Shown in pieces: positions 33,565-44,097 of a stretch of 64,000 nt of DNA. The notes below the pieces were generated by a model. It was not told where the DNA came from, made no database searches, and saw only the letters and a list, made by a program, of their open reading frames with translations. Both the position numbers and the translations under genes were made by a program. Position 1 is the stretch's first letter, and every line of letters starts with the position of its first letter. The stretch is from an uncultured delta proteobacterium (GTDB lineage: Bacteria > Myxococcota_A > Polyangia > Polyangiales > Polyangiaceae), in NCBI GenBank assembly GCA_963841435.1, contig CAWJCS010000006.1:512001-576000 (forward strand). Reading direction: 5' to 3'.

Positions 33565-34289
33565 TTGGCCGGCTCTTCTTTGGGGGCAGCCTTCTTGATG
33601 GCGCCCTTCTTGGGGGGCTCCTTCGCGGCGTCCGTCGGTGCAGGGGGCAGGTCCTTTTTCACGGCCGAGGTTTTCTCCTCGAGGACCGTTTCTTTGCCCG
33701 TCTTGGTGTCGACCTCAACCTTCTTCTTGGTGACGTCCTGCTCGATGATGTTGAACTCGACGCGGCGGTTCTTTTCGCGGCCCTCTTCGTCGTCGTTGGT
33801 CGCGATCGGCTTGGACGAGCCGTAGCCCTTGGCGGTGAACGTCGTGGCGGGGATGCCGCCCTTCTCGACGAGGTACGCCATGACCGACTTGGCGCGCTCG
33901 TCGGAGAGCTTGAGGTTGCGCTTGGCATCACCCTCGGCGCTCGCGTGACCCTCGATCGCGATCTTCTTGATGTGCGGATTCTTTTTGATCGTGTCCGCGA
34001 TCTCGTTCAAGAGGTCGAACGACTGCGGCAGGATCACCGCCTTCGCCACCTCGAACTGAATCTTCTCGGTAATCTCGATCTTGTTGTCCTTGACGATCAC
34101 CTTCGGCGGCGGCTCGGGCGGCTTTTCCGGCGGCGGGGGAGGGGGCGGCGGGGGCGGCAACTCGCCCATGACCGCGACCGGCGCCTTGCCGGTGAATTCG
34201 ACGGCGCCACCGCAGCCGGCCAAAAGCGCGGCGGCAGAGACGAGGACGGTGAGAGAGGAGGGCTTCGCGCCCGCACGCAAGAGCGGCAT
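33561..34289 (-). CDS. OmpA-family peptidoglycan-binding lipoprotein
   Basis: Lipobox LLAGC, poly-Pro linker, IQFEVAKA, IEGHAS, NLKLSDERAKSV, GYGSSKPI, NRRVEF. Confidence 0.9.
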   Translation of the reverse strand: MPLLRAGAKPSSLTVLVSAAALLAGCGGAVEFTGKAPVAVMGELPPPPPPPPPPEKPPEPPPKVIVKDNKIEITEKIQFEVAKAVILPQSFDLLNEIADTIKKNPHIKKIAIEGHASAEGDAKRNLKLSDERAKSVMAYLVEKGGIPATTFTAKGYGSSKPIATNDDEEGREKNRRVEFNIIEQDVTKKKVEVDTKTGKETVLEEKTSAVKKDLPPAPTDAAKEPPKKGAIKKAAPKEEPAK

Positions 34290-34489
34290 AGGTCGATTCC
34301 TTCGCTTGGGTAGGACGCGTTTTTCCCACCGCTTAGACCCCCACGTCAACGCCAAACACCGGCTCAGCCCTCGGCGCCATACCGAGCTTCGGCGATTATT
34401 TCGCGTGCAGACGGTTCGACCCTGCCACGAAGTAGCTGATTTGTAGGTGGATCCGCGCGCAGGCCGCGGGGTGGCTCGGGCGGACCGGC

Positions 34490-34527
34490 GCGCCCGTTCG
34501 GAGCGTCGCGAAACGTCCGACGGGCGC
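34490..34527 (-). terminator. GC-rich hairpin downstream of rpoD (possible terminator, no clear U-tract)
   Basis: Inverted repeat GCGCCCGTTCGGA...TCCGACGGGCGC, 25 nt past the rpoD stop. Confidence 0.45.
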
Positions 34528-34551
34528 GGCACATGAGCGCCGAGCGAGGCG

Positions 34552-36501
<1,950 letters not shown>

Positions 36502-36510
36502 TACCTCGTC

Positions 36511-38418
36511 CTACGAGCCGTCGCGCTCACGCGCGCGGCGTGTTCTTTCGTGAAGTCGCCTGAGCAAAGCGGTTTGTTGCTCGAAGTCGCCCATCTTCTC
36601 GGCACGTTCCAACTCTTCGACGACCAGGGATTTTTCCCGTGACCACTCGAGCGACTCCAGTTTCTTCAAGTTTCCGACCAGCTCCGCCTTAGCATCGACC
36701 AAGCGTTCGTGCTTGGGGGCCGCCCAGCGAGCAAGGGCGAATGGATGGATCGGCGCCGGAAGCTTCGCAAGCAATTGTTCGGGCTCCGTGACGCCAGAGC
36801 GATGGTTATGACGCAGTGCGGCAAGCCCGGCAGCCAGGTCGCCTTCAAGTAAGGACCCCGCACGCAGGGCTTCCGGATCATCGAACAGCTCTGGAAAGTC
36901 CAGGAATGCGCCGACAACCTCGACGTCGATGTCCGCCTGGCGATCGCGGGAGCGGGCCCGGTGGGGCGGGGCAACCGCCACTTTTGAGCGCTGGGCGAGC
37001 GAGGGGGCGGGCCCCCCGGCGAGGCGTGCCGCGAGGTGCTGCAGCGTCCGGCCGTCGGCGTGTCCCAGGCCCAGGCGCCCCGCGAGCCGGTCCGCGGCGA
37101 GGGCCTGGGTGAGGTCACGCTGGTTCGGGTCGTCGATCTCGCCGATGAGGCGCATGACCTCTTTCACGGTGTGGGCCTGGGTGGGTCCGTCGTTCTTGGC
37201 GAAGTTTTCGTCCAAAAGCTCTCCGATGAGATGGAAGATGACGGGCTGAGCCGCGTCGATCACGCGTCCGAGCTGTTCGGTACCCGCTTGGCGCGAAAAG
37301 TCGTCGGGGTCGGCGCCCGGGGGAAGCGTAGCGACCCGGGCCGTCAAGCCAGCCTCGCGACAGACCTCGTGTGCGACGCGCACGGCGCGCCGCCCCGCGT
37401 CGTCGGGATCGAACAGCAGGATCACGTTCTGGCTGAGGCGGCGGAGCGCGCGCGCCTGCTCCACGGTGAAAGCCGTGCCGAGCGGCGCGACGACGTTCTG
37501 AAAGCCGCGTGCGTGCAAGCTCAAGACGTCGAAGTTGCCCTCGACGATCACCGCCTTGTCCGCGGCACGGATGGCCTGCCGCGCCTGGTAGATGCCGAAG
37601 ACGGCCTCGCGCTTGCGGTACACGGGCGACTCGGGCGAGTTCATGTACTTCGCGGGCGGGTCTCCGCCGCTCGTCGGCTCGAGCCCGAGGCTCCTGAGCC
37701 GCTCGGCAGGCGGCTCGGCGAGCGCGCGCCCGCTGAAGGCGATGACGCGTGCCTGCACGTCGAGCACGGCGAACATGAGCCGGTGCCGGAAGCGATCGTA
37801 GTAGCCCGAGCCCGAGCGCCGCGGCGCGATGAGGCCCACCTTTTCCGCCGCCGTCGAGCTCAGGCCCGCCTCGCGCAGATACGTGGCGAGCCCTTCCCAG
37901 CCGTACGGCGCGTAACCCACGCGAAACGCCTGAAGCGCGTCGCCGATGGGGTCCGTCGGCTGAGCGGGCACGAGCGCGCGGCGCGCGAGCTCCGCCTCCG
38001 CGATGTCGCGGAGGGGGTGCTCCCGCAGCATCCGCTCGAAGTAGCTCGCCGCCGCGCCGCCGATGTCGAAGAGCTCGTGCTGGCGGCGCCGGGCCTCGGT
38101 TTGCTGACGCCGCTCGGCATCGCTCGCCGTCTCGACGACGTCGATGCCGAGTCGCTCGGCGAGCCTGCGGATCGCCTCGACGAAGTCGAGGCCCTCGGTC
38201 TCCTGCATGAACTTGATGGCGTCCCCCGATGCGTGGCAGCCGAAGCAATGGTAAAAACCGCGCTCGGGGTTCACGTGAAAGCTCGGCGACTTCTCCTTGT
38301 GGAAGGGGCAAAGGCCGACGAAGCTCCGTCCGCGCTTGGTGAGCTTCACGCTCTCGCCCACGACCTCCACGATGCTCACGTCGCGTTTGACGCGGTCCAG
38401 GGTCTCCTGGGCGATCAC
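36511..38418 (-). CDS. dnaG: DNA primase
   Basis: GLCPFHKEKSPSF...HCFGC zinc finger, YDRFRHRLMF, KYMNSPE, VEGNFDV, APLGTAFT, FDPDDAG, DPDD. Confidence 0.97.
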   Translation of the reverse strand: MIAQETLDRVKRDVSIVEVVGESVKLTKRGRSFVGLCPFHKEKSPSFHVNPERGFYHCFGCHASGDAIKFMQETEGLDFVEAIRRLAERLGIDVVETASDAERRQQTEARRRQHELFDIGGAAASYFERMLREHPLRDIAEAELARRALVPAQPTDPIGDALQAFRVGYAPYGWEGLATYLREAGLSSTAAEKVGLIAPRRSGSGYYDRFRHRLMFAVLDVQARVIAFSGRALAEPPAERLRSLGLEPTSGGDPPAKYMNSPESPVYRKREAVFGIYQARQAIRAADKAVIVEGNFDVLSLHARGFQNVVAPLGTAFTVEQARALRRLSQNVILLFDPDDAGRRAVRVAHEVCREAGLTARVATLPPGADPDDFSRQAGTEQLGRVIDAAQPVIFHLIGELLDENFAKNDGPTQAHTVKEVMRLIGEIDDPNQRDLTQALAADRLAGRLGLGHADGRTLQHLAARLAGGPAPSLAQRSKVAVAPPHRARSRDRQADIDVEVVGAFLDFPELFDDPEALRAGSLLEGDLAAGLAALRHNHRSGVTEPEQLLAKLPAPIHPFALARWAAPKHERLVDAKAELVGNLKKLESLEWSREKSLVVEELERAEKMGDFEQQTALLRRLHERTRRARERDGS

Positions 38419-38485
38419 AGCCCACGCCTAGCACTAGTCTCGGGCCGGGCGACGTCGCGGTCTCGCGCGGGTGCTCGATGCGCCA

Positions 38486-38513
38486 TTGACTGGACATCTG
38501 TTCAGCGTATGCT
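38486..38513 (+). promoter_or_regulatory. Sigma-70 promoter (TTGACT-N16-TATGCT) with a Myxococcus-type LexA box over the -35 end and spacer
   Basis: CTGGACATCTGTTCAGC at 38490-38506 matches 16 of 17 positions of the M. xanthus LexA consensus CTRHAMRYBYGTTCAGS as I recall it. Confidence 0.75.
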
Positions 38514-38520
38514 CCCGAGG

Positions 38521-39543
38521 GTGCGGCGGCTCGCTCTCTCCAATCCCCAGAGCCGCTTCGAGCGATTTAGCGTCGAGTACGCCGAGGGCCCGCCCGACGC
38601 CACGCTCGACCTCTACGACGATCAGAGCCAAACGATCCTCTCCGAAAACACGAGCCCCGACCTCGGCTTCCGGTACAGCGTGAACCCGTACCGAGGGTGC
38701 CTCCACGGTTGCGCCTACTGCTACGCGCGGCCGACGCACGAGTACCTGGGCTTCGGCGCGGGAAGCGACTTCGAGCGAAAGATCGTCGTCAAGCGTCGCG
38801 CGCCCGAGCTCCTCGAGAAGGCGTTCGCGCGGAGGAGCTGGCGGGGCGAGCTCGTCGTGTTCAGCGGCAATACGGATTGCTACCAGCCGCTCGAGCAAAA
38901 GCTCGCGATCACGCGCGGGTGTCTCGCCGTGTGCGCCGAGTTCAAGAATCCCGTGCACGTCATCACGAAGAGCGCGCTCGTCGAGCGCGATCTCGATCTT
39001 TTGACCACGCTCGCCCGCGAGGCCACGGCGGGTGTCACGCTCAGCGTGCCTTTCCTCGACGAGGCGGTGGCGCGCGCCATGGAGCCGTACGCGCCGCCCC
39101 CGAGCCGTCGCATCGAAGCCATCCGGCGCTTGAGCGAGGCGGGCTTGCGCGTGGGCGTCAACGTCGCGCCGCTCATTCCCGGCCTCAACGACCGGGATCT
39201 CGTGCCCATCCTCGCGGCCGCGCGCGAGGCGGGTGCGACGACCGCCGGCATGGTGCCACTCAGGCTGCCGGGCAGCGCGAAAGACGTGTTCGTCGAGCGC
39301 CTCCGGGCGGCGCTGCCGCTCGCCGCCGACAAGGTGCTCGCCCGCGTGCGGGAGATGCGTGGCGGCGCGCTCGACGACGCCCGTTTCGGCGAGCGCTTCG
39401 CCGGTGAAGGCCGGTACATCGAGACCATCCACCAGATCTTCGAGAAAACGACGCGGCGCCTCGGCTTTGCCACGCGCGAGATCACACCCGTCGCCGACAC
39501 GTTCCGGCGCCCCGCGCGCGGGCAGCTCGGCTTATTCGAGTAG
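38521..39543 (+). CDS. PA0069/Rv2578c-family radical SAM protein (spore photoproduct lyase-like, putative DNA repair)
   Basis: SPDLGFRYSVNPYRGCLHGCAYCYARPTHEYLG..AG.DFE.KI, TDCYQPLE, ITKSALVERDLD, APLIPGLND; C-terminal QLGLF motif. Confidence 0.9.
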   Translation: MRRLALSNPQSRFERFSVEYAEGPPDATLDLYDDQSQTILSENTSPDLGFRYSVNPYRGCLHGCAYCYARPTHEYLGFGAGSDFERKIVVKRRAPELLEKAFARRSWRGELVVFSGNTDCYQPLEQKLAITRGCLAVCAEFKNPVHVITKSALVERDLDLLTTLAREATAGVTLSVPFLDEAVARAMEPYAPPPSRRIEAIRRLSEAGLRVGVNVAPLIPGLNDRDLVPILAAAREAGATTAGMVPLRLPGSAKDVFVERLRAALPLAADKVLARVREMRGGALDDARFGERFAGEGRYIETIHQIFEKTTRRLGFATREITPVADTFRRPARGQLGLFE

Positions 39544-39566
39544 CAGGCCCGCGGGGAGAGTCGTGG

Positions 39567-40739
39567 TTAGTCGCGCATCGCCTCGATGGGCGAGATGCTC
39601 GCGGCGCGGAGCGCCGGAAAGAAGCCGCCGATCACGCCCATCAAGGCGCCGATCAACACGGCCGTCACGAGCAGGCCGGGGTCGGGGTCGAAGGCGAACG
39701 TGACCTCCTGCCAGGTCGCGAAATTCATCATCGAGATCTTCACCGTGCTGAGCGCGAGGGCAGCGAGCACGCCCACGACGCCGCCCGCCGCGGTGAGAAC
39801 GGCCGATTCGAGCACGAAGGAGGTCAGGATCGAGAGGCGGGAGAATCCGAGCGCGCGGAGCGTGCCGATCTCGCGCTGGCGCTGCGCGACGGCCGCCTGC
39901 ATCGTGATGACGGCGCCGATGATGCCGCCGAGCGCGAGGAACGACACGATCACGATGCCCATGATCTTGATGAACAGGCTCGTCCCGTTCGACTGCTTCT
40001 CGTAGTAGCCCGCCTCGGTCATCGTCTCGAGGCCCAGCTGCTTGTCCCCCTCCATGGTGGCCTTGAAGGCGTCGAACTTGCTTGCCGACTCGAGTTGCAC
40101 GGTGACGGACGAGACGAGCCCCTCACGCCCGAACGACGAGCGCGCCGTGTCGACGTCGGCCCACACCTCCGACTCGAAGCTCGAGCCGCCCGCGGAGAAG
40201 ATGCCGACGACCTTCACGGGTCGGTTCTTCTTGAGGTCGAAGCTGTCGCCGATTTGCATGCCGCGGAAGCGCCCCACGAGGCCTTGGCCGATCATCACCT
40301 CGTCGGTGCCGGGCTGCGGGGGCCGGCCCTCGATGAGCTTGACCTCCGGGCGGACTTCCTTCGCGATCTCGGGAACGCCGCGCACGAGCACGTTCGAGAC
40401 CTGCCCTTGTGTACTGCCGAGCTTGTCCTGGGCGATGACGATGACGACTTCCCCCGAGGACAGCGAGCGTCCCCGAGCGTCGCGCTTCACCCCGGGTGCC
40501 GCGGAGATGAGCCCGAGCGACTTGACCTCGATGCTGCTCGCCATCTCGGTGTCCGAGCCCTTGCGAAGGACGATGGCGTTGTCCTTCCGGCCCGCGCCGA
40601 CCATCGTCTTCTGGATGCCGAGGCCGAGCATGAACGCGGCCGCGAGCACGAACACCACGAGGGCGATGCCGAGGCCCGTGGCAAGGCTCGTGGTCTTGCG
40701 AACGAGCAGGCTGCGGACGTTGTAAGAGAGCGGGATCAT
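39567..40739 (-). CDS. ABC transporter permease (MacB/FtsX-type)
   Basis: N-terminal TM, large periplasmic domain, QRQREIGTLRALGF, three C-terminal TMs. Confidence 0.9.
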   Translation of the reverse strand: MIPLSYNVRSLLVRKTTSLATGLGIALVVFVLAAAFMLGLGIQKTMVGAGRKDNAIVLRKGSDTEMASSIEVKSLGLISAAPGVKRDARGRSLSSGEVVIVIAQDKLGSTQGQVSNVLVRGVPEIAKEVRPEVKLIEGRPPQPGTDEVMIGQGLVGRFRGMQIGDSFDLKKNRPVKVVGIFSAGGSSFESEVWADVDTARSSFGREGLVSSVTVQLESASKFDAFKATMEGDKQLGLETMTEAGYYEKQSNGTSLFIKIMGIVIVSFLALGGIIGAVITMQAAVAQRQREIGTLRALGFSRLSILTSFVLESAVLTAAGGVVGVLAALALSTVKISMMNFATWQEVTFAFDPDPGLLVTAVLIGALMGVIGGFFPALRAASISPIEAMRD

Positions 40740-40747
40740 CGTTTACC

Positions 40748-41914
40748 TCACCCGACGCGGCGCAGCGCGCTCACCACTTCGAGGCGCGCGGCCCCGCGCG
40801 CAGGGATCACGGCCGCGAGCACGCCGAGCAGCACGGCGAGCCCCAGCGCGAGGCCGGCGACGCTCGGGCTCACGCGGAAGAACGGGAAAAATGCCCCGAG
40901 GTTCTGCTCGAGCACCGGCCCGAGCGCCCCCTGCACGAAGGGGTAGCCGAGCGCGAGGCCGAGCACGCCGCCCAAGAGCCCGAGCACGAAGCCCTCACCG
41001 AGGATGAACATCACGATGTGGCGCGGCAAAAAACCGATGGCGCGAAGCACACCATACTCGTGGGTTCGCTCGCGGACGCCCATGGCGATGGTGTTCGCGA
41101 GGATGAGCCCCATGATCACCATGGTGACGTAGCTCACGATTTCGATGGCGCCGAGCACCGCCGAGATCATGCCGAGGAACGATGCCTGGAAAGCGCGCTC
41201 GCTCATGCTCAGCGTCTGCTCGTCGCGGTCCTCGAACTTCTTGTCGATGGTCTGCGCGATCTCCGCGGCGCGCGCGGGGTTGTCGACGCGCGCCATGATC
41301 CAGCCGATCTTGTCCTGCCGGCGCGGGGGCAGCGACTCGTTCAGGTATTTCCAATGAAACCACAAGGTCGAGCGATCGACGGTGGCGCGATCGGCCGTGT
41401 AGATGCCCCTGATGTGAAATTCCCAGTCGCCCGGGTAGATCGTGCCGGCCAGCACGATCTTCTGCCCGATCTTCCAGCCCTTCGAGTTCGCGAGCGCATC
41501 GCCGATGATCGCTCCCTGCCGGTCCTCCTCCCAGGCGGCCTTCTGGTCCGCAGGCAGCTTGATCTCGTCGTAGACCTTGAGGAAGTCCTCGGGCTCGACG
41601 GCGATCGTGCTGAAGAAATCCTGCTCGTGGTTGGGGTCCTTGGCGCCGAACCAGTTGGCGGCGGCGACCTCGGTGACACCCGGGACCTGCCGGATCTCCT
41701 CCACGTAGCGCGCGGGGAGCGGCATGATGAAGCTCACCTTGTGGCGCGTGCCGATGCGATCCTTGGCGGCTTGCTCGGCGCCGGCCGTCCACGACCAGAT
41801 CACGGTTCGTAGCATCACGAAGAACACGACGAACACGGTGACGCCCGCGAGCGTGAGGAACGTGCGCAGCTTGTTGCGCCCGATGTTGCGGATGGCGATC
41901 GTGAAGAGCTGCAT
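40748..41914 (-). CDS. ABC transporter permease (MacB/FtsX-type)
   Basis: MQLFTIAIRNIGRNKLRTFLT..., RERTHEYGVLRAIGF. Confidence 0.9.
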   Translation of the reverse strand: MQLFTIAIRNIGRNKLRTFLTLAGVTVFVVFFVMLRTVIWSWTAGAEQAAKDRIGTRHKVSFIMPLPARYVEEIRQVPGVTEVAAANWFGAKDPNHEQDFFSTIAVEPEDFLKVYDEIKLPADQKAAWEEDRQGAIIGDALANSKGWKIGQKIVLAGTIYPGDWEFHIRGIYTADRATVDRSTLWFHWKYLNESLPPRRQDKIGWIMARVDNPARAAEIAQTIDKKFEDRDEQTLSMSERAFQASFLGMISAVLGAIEIVSYVTMVIMGLILANTIAMGVRERTHEYGVLRAIGFLPRHIVMFILGEGFVLGLLGGVLGLALGYPFVQGALGPVLEQNLGAFFPFFRVSPSVAGLALGLAVLLGVLAAVIPARGAARLEVVSALRRVG

Positions 41915-41937
41915 GAAAGAAGCTCCCGGGCGCCCGC

Positions 41938-42660
41938 TCAGGACGCGGCGGCCGCGCCCGCCTCGCGGTGGTTCTCGACGGCTTTGGCGAGTTCGCCCTT
42001 GTCGAGGTGGTGCACGATCTGGGCGCGCTCGGCTGCCGCAGGGTCGTGGGTCACCATGACGATCGTCTTCTTGAACTCGGACTGCAGCCGTTCGAGCAGT
42101 TTCAGAATGTCGTTCGCGCTGTCGCGGTCGAGATCGCCCGTGGGCTCGTCGGCGACGATGATCTTGGGGTCGGCCACGATGGCGCGCGCGATGGTCACGC
42201 GCTGCTCCTGCCCACCCGAAAGCTGGCTCGGCAGGTGCCCCGCACGATCTTCGAGGCCGACGACGCGCAGGGCGATCTCGGCGCGCTTGCGGCGCTCCTT
42301 CGCCGGGAGCTTCGCCAGCAAGAGCGGCAGCTCGACGTTCTCGACGGCCGAGAGCACCGGCATGAGGTTGTAGGTCTGGAAGACGAAGCCGATGTTCTGG
42401 GCGCGCCACGCCGCGCGTTGGCCCTCGCTCATGGCGCCGACGTTCGAGCCAGCGACGGTCACCGTGCCGGAGGTCGGCTGATCGAGCCCCGCGATCAGGT
42501 TCAGGAGCGTTGATTTCCCCGAGCCGGAGGGCCCCATGAGCGCTTCGAAGGCCCCTTCTTTGATTTCGAGGTTCAGCCCCTGGAGCACGTCGAGCTGCTC
42601 CTTGCCCCGCCAGAAGCTTTTCTTCACGTTGACCAGGCTGATGACCGCGTTGTCACTCAT
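41938..42660 (-). CDS. ABC transporter ATP-binding protein (LolD/MacB-type)
   Basis: GPSGSGKST, LSGGQEQR, IIVADEPTGDLD, VTHD. Confidence 0.95.
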   Translation of the reverse strand: MSDNAVISLVNVKKSFWRGKEQLDVLQGLNLEIKEGAFEALMGPSGSGKSTLLNLIAGLDQPTSGTVTVAGSNVGAMSEGQRAAWRAQNIGFVFQTYNLMPVLSAVENVELPLLLAKLPAKERRKRAEIALRVVGLEDRAGHLPSQLSGGQEQRVTIARAIVADPKIIVADEPTGDLDRDSANDILKLLERLQSEFKKTIVMVTHDPAAAERAQIVHHLDKGELAKAVENHREAGAAAAS

Positions 42661-42709
42661 GGCTCGCCCTTCAATAGTGCGGTGGGGTGAGGCCGCAAGG
42701 GTTTCGTCG

Positions 42710-43951
42710 TCAACCCCCCGCCTTCTCCTTCACGCTCTGCCCGTCTCGCAGCTCCGCCGGCGGGTTCTTGACGACTCGGGTGCCGGCCGGAGGGCCGCGC
42801 ACGAGCTCGAAGCCACTGCCGAACGCGGGGCCGAGCGCGACGGGCACGAGCCGCACGCGCCCGTCCTCGTAGCGGAACACGGCCTTGCTGCCGTCCAGGT
42901 TGGCGACCGCCGACCCCGGCACGATCGTCTTCGGCGGCGCCTTGAGCTCCTCCTTGTCGAGCTCGCTCGAAAGGAAGCTCACGCGGGCCGCCATGTCCGG
43001 CAGCACGTTCTCCCGGTCGTCAACGAAAGCCACCTTCACGGTGACCGTCGCCTTGGTTCGATTCACGCGTGGCGTGATCTCCATGGCCTTGCCGCGGTAG
43101 CGCTTGGACGGATACGCATCGAGCACGATCTCGGCGGGGCCGCCGATCTTCACCTGCGAGAGCCGCTGCTCGGGTACGTCCGTTTCCACCATCATCGTGG
43201 AAAAATCGGCGATCTCCACGCCACCCATGTCTGCAGCGATGCCGGCGGGCTGGGGGCCGACGACCTCGCCCACCTCCGGCGGCTTGTTGACGATCGTGCC
43301 CGAGATCGGCGCCCTCACGGTGAAGCCGTCGAGCGTCACGTTGAGCGCGCTCACGAGCGACCCTGCGGCGCGCGCCTCCGCGTCGGCCGCCTTCACGCCC
43401 TCCTCGAGCGATGCAACCCGCGCGCGCAGGTCCTCCGCCGTCGCCTTGGGCGAGATGCCTTCGTGGGCCAGCGTCTCGGCGCGCGTGAGCTGGACGCGCG
43501 CCTCGGAGAGCTGCGCCCGGGCCGTCTGGGCACGCGCGCGTGCGGCCGCCACTTGGCTCGCGGCCGTGGCGATACTCGCGCGCTGATCCGCGGGGTCGAT
43601 CTCGAACAGGACGTCCCCCGCCTTTACCTGGTTGCCTTCCTTGACGAAGGCTTTCTCGACCTTGCCGGCGACTTTGGGCGCTACCTTCGAGACGGACTGG
43701 GCGACGACATAACCCGTCGAGGTGAGCTCCACCGAGGCTTGGGCCGGCGACACGGTCGCAATCTCGGTGAGCTCGACCTCCGCCTTCATCACCTGGCTTC
43801 GGACGTAGGGGACCCCCACGGCGTACCCCGCGCCCAGGACGCCGAGGACGAGCGCCGCGACGACCAGCTTGCCGACCAGGCCCCCGCGCGGGGGTGGCGC
43901 GGCCCGCTCGATGCGCAGCGCGGCCAAATCCGAGCTTAGCTGGTCTGCCAT
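42710..43951 (-). CDS. Efflux periplasmic adaptor (MacA/HlyD family)
   Basis: TM anchor, lipoyl-like KVAGKV..VKEG..VKAGDVL, coiled hairpin, RAPISGTI, LPDMAARV. Confidence 0.9.
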   Translation of the reverse strand: MADQLSSDLAALRIERAAPPPRGGLVGKLVVAALVLGVLGAGYAVGVPYVRSQVMKAEVELTEIATVSPAQASVELTSTGYVVAQSVSKVAPKVAGKVEKAFVKEGNQVKAGDVLFEIDPADQRASIATAASQVAAARARAQTARAQLSEARVQLTRAETLAHEGISPKATAEDLRARVASLEEGVKAADAEARAAGSLVSALNVTLDGFTVRAPISGTIVNKPPEVGEVVGPQPAGIAADMGGVEIADFSTMMVETDVPEQRLSQVKIGGPAEIVLDAYPSKRYRGKAMEITPRVNRTKATVTVKVAFVDDRENVLPDMAARVSFLSSELDKEELKAPPKTIVPGSAVANLDGSKAVFRYEDGRVRLVPVALGPAFGSGFELVRGPPAGTRVVKNPPAELRDGQSVKEKAGG

Positions 43952-44097
43952 GGCGTGGGTTCCTGGCGCCCTTCCGCGGGGCTCCCTGGGGCCGTCCGCT
44001 AGCACGGCCGTAGAGTTTTGTCCTCCGACGCGGGACGTTTCGCCCCTCTCCGAATGTGGTATTTCCGTGGCGCGCTCGGACGAGAACGGCCGAAACG

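Noticed and set aside
34405-34430. GGTTCGACCC T-loop-like motif downstream of rpoD, suggesting a tRNA
   Set aside because: I could not build a clean T-stem, acceptor stem, D-arm or anticodon arm around it.
37036-38520. Long N-terminal extension of the radical SAM ORF (835 aa)
   Set aside because: It is the antisense shadow of dnaG; the promoter and family motifs place the start at about 38521.
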